Below, in pieces: positions 31,304 through 40,000 of a stretch of 64,000 nt of DNA. The notes beneath the pieces were generated by a model. That model saw nothing but the letters and a program-made list of their open reading frames with translations. It had not been told where the DNA came from and ran no database searches. Position numbers and translations under genes: made by a program. The first letter of the stretch is position 1; the number at the start of each line of letters is the position of its first letter. This DNA is from Paludibacteraceae bacterium (lineage in GTDB: Bacteria > Bacteroidota > Bacteroidia > Bacteroidales > Paludibacteraceae), in assembly GCA_017962085.1 (NCBI GenBank), contig JAGCWA010000033.1:31264-95263 (forward strand). Direction: 5' to 3'.

Positions 31304-31393
31304 ATATTTAAAGGCTAAAGTCTTAATTGTCAGTTGGTTGTTTTTAGTTAATAACTTTTGCTTGAAAATTTCTTTTCCTTCTTTTTTTCATTA

Positions 31394-31401
31394 TATTTTT
31401 G
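31394..31401 (+). promoter_or_regulatory. -7 box TATTTTTG upstream of dnaE
   Basis: Matches TAnnTTTG, 35 nt upstream of the ATG at 31436. Confidence 0.4.
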
Positions 31402-31435
31402 CCTTTGTTAGCATTCAATCATAGACCCTAATAAA

Positions 31436-34400
31436 ATGGCAGAATTTGTTCATTTGCATGTCCACTCTCACTACTCCATCCTCGACGGTATGTCGAAGGT
31501 GCCGGATTTGGTGGACAAGTGTATGCGGACCGGCATGCGTGCGATGGCGCTGACGGACCACGGTAATATGTTCGGTATCAAGGACCTGAAAGACTATGTC
31601 AAGAAGGTGAATGGCGCTCCGAAGAAAAAGGTGAAGGAGTGTGAGGAGAATATCGAGAAGGAGACAGATCCCGCCAAGAAGGCCGAATTGGAGGCTGAAC
31701 TGGTGAAGCTGAAGGAGAAGGCGGAGGCTTTCGTCCCATTCAAGCCTATCATCGGTACGGAGGCTTACTGCGCACGTCGTACCTTGCATGACAAGGATAA
31801 GACGGTCAAGGAGATATCCGCCGAGACGGGCAAGGAACGTATCGTCGACCGTAGCGGTCACCACCTGATTCTTTTGGCGAAGAACATGGCAGGGTACAAA
31901 AGTCTTTGTAAACTGGCTTCCATCGCCTATACGGAGGGTTATTACGACAACCCTCGTATTGACAAGGACGTGCTGAAGCAGTACCATGAGGGCCTTATTG
32001 TCTGCTCCGCTTGCTTGGGAGGTGAGATCCCCCAACTGATCATTGCAGGTAAGATCGACGAGGCGGAGAAGTCTATCATGTGGTTCAAGGAAATCTTCGG
32101 AGACGATTATTACATAGAGTTGCAGCGTCACAAGACGGACAAGCCGAACGCCGCCACAGATACTTACGAGCGCCAGCAGATGGTGAACAAGGTGCTGATC
32201 GAATTGGCCCGCAAGACCAACACGAAGATCATCGCCACGAACGATGTGCACTTCGTCGAGGAGGAGCATGGCGAGGCGCACGACCGCCTTATCTGCTTGA
32301 GCACGGGCAAGGACTACGACGACCCGAATCGCCTGCACTACACGAAGCAGGAGTGGTTGAAGACGCCGGACGAGATGTACAGCATATTTGAGGACATTCC
32401 GGAGGCGCTGACGAACACGCTGGAGATCGCGGACAAGGTGGAGGTGTACGACATCGATTCGGACCCTATCATGCCTAAGTTCGATATCCCGGCTGACTTT
32501 GGCACGGAGGAGGAGTACCGTAAAAAATTCACGGAAAAGGACCTCTTCGACGAGTTCACGCAGAACGAGAAGCATGAGGTGGTGCTGAGCCAGGAGGATG
32601 CTGAAAAGAAGATTAAGAAATTGGGTGGATACGAGAAGCTGTACCGTATCAAGTTGGAGGCGGATTACCTCAACAAGTTGGCATGGGACGGAGCGAAGAA
32701 ACGCTACGGCGACCATCTGACGGAGGAGCAGATAGAACGTATCACCTTCGAGCTGCATATCATGAAGACCATGGGTTTCCCAGGCTACTTCCTGATCGTG
32801 CAGGACTATATCCGCGCCGCCCGCGAGGAGTTGGGCGTGAGCGTGGGCCCAGGTCGTGGATCCGCCGCCGGATCAGTGGTGGCGTACTGCCTATGGATCA
32901 CGGACCTCGACCCGCTGAAGTATGATTTGCTGTTCGAGCGTTTCCTGAATCCTGACCGTATATCCTTGCCCGATATCGACGTCGACTTTGATGATGACGG
33001 ACGAAGCAAGGTGCTCACCTGGGTGCGCAAGCGTTACGGCGAGGAGAAGGTGGCGCATATCATCACCTATGGAACCATGGCGACGAAGTCCTCCGTGGCG
33101 GATGTCGGCCGTGTGCAGAAGGTGCCGCTCCCTACGGTGAACGCTATCAAGGCGTTGATCCCTGACCGTGGATTCGATGAGGAGTCGGTGAAGGCGGTGG
33201 AGGGTACTCTGCCTAAGAAGATGCCGAAGGTGAACCTCAAGAACTGCTTCAAGTATATTCCGCAGCTGCGTGACATGAAGAACGGTTCGGACGAGAACAT
33301 CTCCACGATGCTGACCTATGCGCAGGAGTTGGAGGATACCAACCGTCAAGTGGGTATCCACGCTTGTGGTGTGATCATCGGTGCGGACGACCTGACGAAA
33401 TTCGCCCCTGTCTGCACCATCCATGATAAGAAACTGGACAAGGATGTGGTGGTGACCCAATACGACGGACATGTGGTCGAGTCGGTAGGCTTGATCAAGA
33501 TGGACTTCCTCGGACTCAGTACCCTGACGTTGATCAAGGAGGCGCTCGCCAACGTGAAGAAGGCGCGTGGCATTGATGTGGACATCTCCAACATCCCTAT
33601 TGATGACGAATTGACCTACCAACTCTATAGTGAGGGGCGCACCATCGGTACGTTCCAGTTCGAGTCGCCCGGTATGCAGAAATACCTTCGAGAGCTGAAG
33701 CCTACGCAGATCACCGACTTGATCGCCATGAACGCGTTGTATCGTCCGGGACCTATCGAGTATATTCCTACGTTTATCCGTCGTAAGAATGGATTGGAGC
33801 CTATCGAGTACGATATCCCAGTGATGGAAAAGTACCTCAAGGATACCTATGGTGTCACTGTCTATCAGGAGCAGGTGATGTTGCTGAGCCGTTTGCTGGC
33901 CAACTTCACTCGTGGTGAGGCGGATACCTTGCGTAAGGCGATGGGTAAGAAGATCTTCGCCATGCTGGCCATCCTGAAGCCTAAGTTCATCGAGGGCGGT
34001 AAGAAGAACGGGCATGATCCGGAGATTTTGGAAAAGATATGGAAAGACTGGGAGAAGTTCGCTTCCTATGCCTTCAACAAGTCGCACGCTGCATGCTACG
34101 CCTGGGTGGCCTACCAGACCGGTTACCTGAAGGCGCATTACCCTGCGGAGTACATGGCCGCCAACCTGACGCTCAGCAAGGATAACATCACCGATGTGCA
34201 GAAGTTTATGGAGGAGTGTAAGTCCATGAAGATCAAGGTGAAGGGACCAGATGTCAACGAGTCGGAGATGAACTTCACCGTGAACAAAGACGGTGCTATC
34301 CGTTTCGGACTGGGTGGTATCAAGGGTGTCGGAGAGGCATCCGTGATAGCCATTGTGACGGAGCGCGAGAAGAATGGTCCGTACACCTCCATTTTCGATT

Positions 34401-35326
34401 TCGTGGAGCGTGTGGACTTGAAGGCCTGCAACCGAAAGACGTTGGAGAGCTTAGCCTTGTCGGGCGCATTCGACTCCCTTCCGAACTGCACCAGGGAGCA
34501 GATCATGTCGACTACGGACAAGGGACGAACTGTGTCGGAGGTGCTCTGCCAGTATGGCACGCAGTGCAAGTTGGCTGCACAGAGCAATGTGCAGTCCCTC
34601 TTTGGTGGGGATGTGGGCATGAAGCCTCAGCAGCCGATTTTGCCGAAGGCGGAGGCGTGGTCCGATCTGTACCGGTTGGAAAAAGAACGTGAATTGGTGG
34701 GAATTTATCTTTCTGCCCATCCACTTGATGCATATTACGTATTTTTAAATTATATTTGCAATGTGAGGATGAATGATATGGAGACGGACGCAAGTTTCGG
34801 AGCCAATCATTTGGATCAGGAGTTGATGATGGGAGGAGTCATCACGGAGGCGGTCTCCACCGTTTCGAAGAAGGGAACTCCTTGCCGGTTCATCACGGTG
34901 GAGGATTATTCGGGGTCCCATCGTTTCGCCCTCTTCCGTTCGGAGGACATTGTGAAGTTCTCCCCGTATGAGAAGGGCATGATGGTCTTCATCAGCGGTA
35001 GTTACTCCAAACGTCGGTATGGAGACTTCATCGACTTCAACATCGCCACGGTGAAGCCATTGGCGGAGGAGAGCAGGGATTTCTCCGGCAACTTGACGAT
35101 CAAGATCAAGGAGGAGAATGTCACGTCAGACTTTGTCACTAACTTTTTGTCATTGATTGAAGGACAAGATGGCAATGTGAACCTCTCCTTGGCGGTTGTG
35201 GAACCTACCACGGGTAACCCTGTGACTGTGACGTCCCGCACGAGGAAGATAAAGCTCACACGGCCTCTGATGGAGTATCTCGAGCAGATGCGGCAGGAGG
35301 GCACGGTGGACTTGAATGTCGCCTGA
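31436..35326 (+). CDS. dnaE: DNA polymerase III alpha subunit
   Basis: 1296 aa. PHP domain start FVHLHVHSHYSILDG. Polymerase core motifs GPGRGSAAGSVVAYCLWITDLDP, LPDIDVDF and FNKSHAACYA. C-terminal OB-fold region. Confidence 0.97.
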   Translation: MAEFVHLHVHSHYSILDGMSKVPDLVDKCMRTGMRAMALTDHGNMFGIKDLKDYVKKVNGAPKKKVKECEENIEKETDPAKKAELEAELVKLKEKAEAFVPFKPIIGTEAYCARRTLHDKDKTVKEISAETGKERIVDRSGHHLILLAKNMAGYKSLCKLASIAYTEGYYDNPRIDKDVLKQYHEGLIVCSACLGGEIPQLIIAGKIDEAEKSIMWFKEIFGDDYYIELQRHKTDKPNAATDTYERQQMVNKVLIELARKTNTKIIATNDVHFVEEEHGEAHDRLICLSTGKDYDDPNRLHYTKQEWLKTPDEMYSIFEDIPEALTNTLEIADKVEVYDIDSDPIMPKFDIPADFGTEEEYRKKFTEKDLFDEFTQNEKHEVVLSQEDAEKKIKKLGGYEKLYRIKLEADYLNKLAWDGAKKRYGDHLTEEQIERITFELHIMKTMGFPGYFLIVQDYIRAAREELGVSVGPGRGSAAGSVVAYCLWITDLDPLKYDLLFERFLNPDRISLPDIDVDFDDDGRSKVLTWVRKRYGEEKVAHIITYGTMATKSSVADVGRVQKVPLPTVNAIKALIPDRGFDEESVKAVEGTLPKKMPKVNLKNCFKYIPQLRDMKNGSDENISTMLTYAQELEDTNRQVGIHACGVIIGADDLTKFAPVCTIHDKKLDKDVVVTQYDGHVVESVGLIKMDFLGLSTLTLIKEALANVKKARGIDVDISNIPIDDELTYQLYSEGRTIGTFQFESPGMQKYLRELKPTQITDLIAMNALYRPGPIEYIPTFIRRKNGLEPIEYDIPVMEKYLKDTYGVTVYQEQVMLLSRLLANFTRGEADTLRKAMGKKIFAMLAILKPKFIEGGKKNGHDPEILEKIWKDWEKFASYAFNKSHAACYAWVAYQTGYLKAHYPAEYMAANLTLSKDNITDVQKFMEECKSMKIKVKGPDVNESEMNFTVNKDGAIRFGLGGIKGVGEASVIAIVTEREKNGPYTSIFDFVERVDLKACNRKTLESLALSGAFDSLPNCTREQIMSTTDKGRTVSEVLCQYGTQCKLAAQSNVQSLFGGDVGMKPQQPILPKAEAWSDLYRLEKERELVGIYLSAHPLDAYYVFLNYICNVRMNDMETDASFGANHLDQELMMGGVITEAVSTVSKKGTPCRFITVEDYSGSHRFALFRSEDIVKFSPYEKGMMVFISGSYSKRRYGDFIDFNIATVKPLAEESRDFSGNLTIKIKEENVTSDFVTNFLSLIEGQDGNVNLSLAVVEPTTGNPVTVTSRTRKIKLTRPLMEYLEQMRQEGTVDLNVA

Positions 35327-35450
35327 CCTCACATGTGGCATGGTTTTTGTGCAGTAGATAGTAAAATGGACTCGACGAATTGACTTTCAAACCGTTGTCC
35401 ATGCGTTTATGTAGAGAAGTTGAATCTTTAGAACTCACCTAAAAATAATT

Positions 35451-35768
35451 ATGAGTATGATTAATATTACAGATGCTAATTACGAAGAGATGGTTAAGAG
35501 CGACAAACTCTTAGTGTTGGATTTCGGCGCAAGCTGGTGTGTCCCTTGTAAGAACGTGGCCGTCGTCTTGGAGGAATTGTCCGAAACGTATGCCGACCGT
35601 GTGGTGTTCGGCAAGGTGGATGTGGACGATAATCCTGATTTGGTCAGCATGTATAAGGTGCGCAATGTTCCAACCATCTTCTTGGTTCGTAATGGAGAGG
35701 TTGTCGACAAGATGGTCGGTGGTTATCCGAAGCCAGACATTGTCGCTAAAATAGATGCTAATCTATAG
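35451..35768 (+). CDS. trxA: Thioredoxin
   Basis: 105 aa. Active site WCVPCK (Val in place of the usual Gly of WCGPC), followed by VDVDDNPDL and VRNVPT. Confidence 0.9.
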   Translation: MSMINITDANYEEMVKSDKLLVLDFGASWCVPCKNVAVVLEELSETYADRVVFGKVDVDDNPDLVSMYKVRNVPTIFLVRNGEVVDKMVGGYPKPDIVAKIDANL

Positions 35769-35825
35769 TATCTTCCTAAGGGGGGAGAGACAATTTTATT
35801 TTTGAACCACCTATAATTTTCGCAT

Positions 35826-36206
35826 ATGACAAGGGTTCTTATTTACGTATTGATTATCGTCGCCGTGTTTGTCTACAATTTATTGAAAGACAAGTGGAAG
35901 GCTGATGCGAATCGGGAAAAGAGCAAGGCGCAGAACCGCCCGGTGGGTGGTGTTGCGGAATCAATGCAGGCATCTGTACAAAAGAAGCCGCAAAGACGTC
36001 CTTCCGATCCGTTCCTGACTGCTGAGATGAACACGTACGATGTGGAGAAGCCGAATAAGCACCAGAATCAACGTGCGGGGAAGAAGTCTCGTGCCAACGT
36101 GCCGAACCCTGTGGACGAGAAGAGGAAGCCTGAGATATCCTTCAAATCCGTGGAGGATGCGAGGAGGGCTTTCATCGCCTCAGAGATTTGGAATAGAAAA
36201 TATTAA
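35826..36206 (+). CDS. Hypothetical protein with N-terminal membrane anchor and basic, low-complexity tail
   Basis: 126 aa. One hydrophobic helix (RVLIYVLIIVAVFVYNLL), then a K/R/Q/P-rich region. No recognisable domain. Confidence 0.5.
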   Translation: MTRVLIYVLIIVAVFVYNLLKDKWKADANREKSKAQNRPVGGVAESMQASVQKKPQRRPSDPFLTAEMNTYDVEKPNKHQNQRAGKKSRANVPNPVDEKRKPEISFKSVEDARRAFIASEIWNRKY

Positions 36207-36216
36207 TTAATATACC

Positions 36217-36918
36217 ATGGGAAAGAAAAGGTTGGTTGTATTGACGGGAGCTGGAATCAGTGCGGAGAGCGGCATCAGCACTTTCCGTGATTCGGATGGC
36301 CTATGGAACGAGTATCGTGTCGAGGATGTCGCCACGCCTGAGGGATTTTATCGTAATCCGGAGATGGTGTTGAACTTCTACAACGATATGCGCAAGGACC
36401 TGAAGAACCATCAGCCTAACTACGGACATATCGGACTGAAGGAGTTGGAGGAGGACTTCGACGTGAAGATCATCACCCAAAACGTGGACGACCTGCATGA
36501 AAGGGCGGGTAGTTCCTCCATTATCCATCTCCATGGTGAGTTGATGAAGGTTTGCTCCTCCAAGGATACGAGCCTTGTGACGACCTTGCCTTCCATGGAG
36601 AGTGAGATCCATGTGGGGGATAAGGCTTCGGACGGTAGCCAACTGCGTCCTTTCATCGTGTGGTTCAGTGAGCCTGTGCCGATGATCGAGCCTGCCATCG
36701 AGTGGGTGGAGCAGGCGGATATCTTTTTAATCGTGGGCAGCTCGTTGGTTGTTTATCCTGCGGCGGGGTTGGTCCATTACCTGCGAAGGGAGGTGCCTAT
36801 CTATGTGATAGATCCTAAGCCTGTCACTGTCCCTTCTTCCAGACCCATCTATATGATTCAGAAGGGGGCATCCGAGGGAATGAAGGAGTTCAAATCAATG
36901 GTGCTGGCAAAAGAATGA
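36217..36918 (+). CDS. cobB: Sir2-family NAD-dependent protein deacylase
   Basis: 233 aa. GAGISAESGISTFR, QNVDDLHERAG, HLHG catalytic His, GSSLVVYPAAG. Confidence 0.88.
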   Translation: MGKKRLVVLTGAGISAESGISTFRDSDGLWNEYRVEDVATPEGFYRNPEMVLNFYNDMRKDLKNHQPNYGHIGLKELEEDFDVKIITQNVDDLHERAGSSSIIHLHGELMKVCSSKDTSLVTTLPSMESEIHVGDKASDGSQLRPFIVWFSEPVPMIEPAIEWVEQADIFLIVGSSLVVYPAAGLVHYLRREVPIYVIDPKPVTVPSSRPIYMIQKGASEGMKEFKSMVLAKE

Positions 36919-36967
36919 CGATAGACTGAAGGGACTTGTAGTTCCCTGTTAGGCGCAAGCATATAAA

Positions 36968-37015
36968 GAAAAGCCGGAGGAGTGAAACTGCATCGTTTCG
37001 CTCCTCCGGCTTTTT
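36968..37015. terminator. Bidirectional rho-independent terminator between the convergent cobB and repeat-protein genes
   Basis: 16-bp stem (GCCGGAGGAGTGAAAC / GTTTCGCTCCTCCGGC, one G-U) flanked by A4 and T5 runs. Confidence 0.85.
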
Positions 37016-37031
37016 GTGATGACCCGACCGC

Positions 37032-40000
37032 CTATCGCACGGTCGTGGTCAATGTCTTTCCGTTCGCCCTGACGAAATAGATGCCTTGGCTAGGAACGTA
37101 CAGGGAACGGGTCTCGCCGGCTGTGCCGGTGGAGACGGATATTAGCCTTCCTGAAGGATCATAGAGGGATACCTTGCCCTCCGCATTGCGGATGAAGATG
37201 GTGAGGCCATCCGACCATACGGCTATGCCGTCGCTTGTGGTGGTGCCTACACCAACTTCCTCTTTGTGTTTGATAATCCAACCTTCAGGGATTCTGTCTT
37301 TCCCTGTTTGTACTGGCAATGATTCTGGGCAGATGAATGTGCCGGTAGGGGCAACGTTCTTGACCCAAGATTCTGTTACTGCGGTATAATAGTAATACCA
37401 AGAATCAAAGGCGACGTTGATTTCGGAAAGATTTGTACATCCTTCGAACATGGATCTGTAACAATGTGACGATAAGTCCGTGGCGGGTAATTCAGGCGCT
37501 TCCGTAAGACTTGTGCAATTAGCGAACATCCCTTCATAACAACTGCTCGCCATGGATGTGGCTGGTAGTTCCGGGGCTTGCGTGAGGCTCGTGCATTTAT
37601 AGAACATGTTTTCATAACAATTGTTCGCCAAGGTGGTGGCTGGCAATTCCGGGGCTTGCGTGAGGCTTGTGCAGCTAGCGAACATGTATTCATAACAATA
37701 GCTTGCCAGGGATGTGGCCGGTAATTCGGGCGCTTGTGAGAGTTTCGTGCATCCAACAAACATGCGTTCGTAACAATTGTTCGCCAAAGTGGTAGCCTGC
37801 AATTCCGGGGCTTGCGTGAGGCCTAAACAATCAGTGAACATGTATTTATAGCAACTTTCTGCCAAGGTTGTGGCCGACAATTCCGGGGCTTGCGTAAGAT
37901 TCGTACATTTATAGAACATGTCTTGGTAACAATTGTTAGCTAATGCTTTGGCGGGCAGTTCCGGTGCTTGGGTCAAGCTTTCACATTCACTGAATAAATA
38001 AGCGAAACAATAATCTGCTGGTATCAAATTGGCCTCCTTGAGGTAATATATGAGGCTCATGACACTTCCGCTTGCTGCTATTTTACCTGTCATAGTGAAT
38101 CTCGTATATTTATTGTTCTGCTTAGAGAATCCTTGAGTGTTGTTTCCCCTCAGCATGGCTTTATCCCCTTTGTGCTCTAACGTGACAGTCTTAAATATAG
38201 TGAGATCCTGCCATGTTTCGCCGCCATCGATGGAGTATTGAATGTCAGGATAGTTGTCACCGACGTTTTCTATTCCGAAAGAAGAACTGTCCTCTTCTGC
38301 TGTGAAAGTCAGGTAATTGGTTTCAAACACTTCCTTCTCTTCTTTCCCGATATACTTTATTTCCCATCCTTCGGGGATTAGATTTTCCCCATATCCGAGC
38401 GGCAACGATTCTGGACAGATGAAAGTGCCGGTCGGGGCAACGTCCTTGACCCAACTTAAGGTGCTTTTGGAGGAAAGGATCCAATCCGTGAAGTGTACTT
38501 TTATGCTTGAAAGGGATTCACATCCATTGAACATATAGTAATAACACTTATTTTCTAAATTTGTCGCTGGCAATTCCGGGGCTTGCGTAAGGCTTGTACA
38601 TCCATTGAACATGAAGTTGTAGCAATCAGTTGACAATGATGTGGCTGGTAATTCCGGGGCTTGTGTGAGGCTCGTGCAATTATTGAACATGTTTTCATAA
38701 CAATTTTTCGCCAATGTGATAGCCGGCAATTCCGGGGCTTGCGTAAGACTTGTGCATCCTCCGAACATGCTTAAGTAGCAGCTGCTCGCCAAGGTTGTGG
38801 CCGGTAGCTCTGGAGCTTGCATGAGGCTGGTACAACCAAAAAACATGGCATAATAGCAATAGTCGTCCAGGGTGGTGGCAGGCAACTCAGGCGCTTGTGT
38901 GAGACTTTCACATTCGAGGAATAATCGAAGAAAACAATAATCATTTGGTATGGTGGTTGAGGTCCCGTAATAATCCAATAGGCTCATGACGCTTCCGCTT
39001 GCCGCTATTTTCCCGGACATCGTGAATCCTGTATACGTATTCTTGTCTGAGGATAGACCTGTCGGATTATCTCCCCTGAGCAGTACTTTGTCACCTTTGT
39101 GCGCTAATGTGACTTGTTCATTTGTGAGGGGAATCCATGTCTCTCCTCCGTCTGTGGAGTATTCTATGTTTGGATTATTGCCTCCGTAATTTTTTATTCC
39201 GAAAGAAGAACTGTCCTCCTCTGCTGTGAAAGTCAGGTAATTGGTTTCTGGCTCTTCTATGACAATTGTCCACCCTTCAGGGATTTGGCTGACCCCATAT
39301 TCAATCGCTAATGACTTGCCGCAGACGAAGGTGCCGGTCGGGGCAACATCACTGACCCATTCTGTCGTGTTTAAGACCGTTTCATCTTTTTTGCTCCAAT
39401 CCAACAAGTTGACTTTAATCTTGGACAGAGAAGAGCACCCATAGAACATGGATTTATAACAGTCGCTCTTGAGATTCATAGCGGGTAATTCTGGTGCTTG
39501 CGTGAGGCTTGTACACCCCAAGAACATACTTTGGTAACATCCCGCAGCTAAGGCTCTTGCCGGCAATTCCGGGGCTTCCGTTAACCCTGTACATCGCAAG
39601 AACATGTAGTCATAGCAATGGTATTCCATAACCACAGCTGGTAATTTAGGCGCTTGTGTGAGGCTTGTACAGTTGGCGAACATGTCGAAATAACAGCTTT
39701 GGGCCAATGCCATGGCTGGCAATTCCGGGGCTTTTGTGAGACTTGTACAGTTGGAGAACATGTGGCTGTAACAAGAGTTAGTCAAAGTGGTGGCTGGCAG
39801 TTCTGGCGCTTGTGTGAGACTTGAACAATAGCCAAACATGCAGCTGTAACAACTATTCGCCAGTGTGGTGACAGGTAATTCCGGGGCCTGTGTGAGGTTT
39901 GTGCATCCATAAAACATGTGTTCGTAGCATTTCTCCGCCAAAGTAGTGGCAGGCAGTTCAGGTGCTTGTGTGAGGCTTGTGCATCTCGAGAACATGTTGG

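Noticed and set aside
31415-34793. Long minus-strand ORFs (447 aa at 31415-32758, 415 aa at 32891-34138, and others) opposite dnaE
   Set aside because: They are fully contained in the unambiguous dnaE frame. The translations are Leu/Arg/Val/His-rich nonsense typical of antisense frames in GC3-rich genes.
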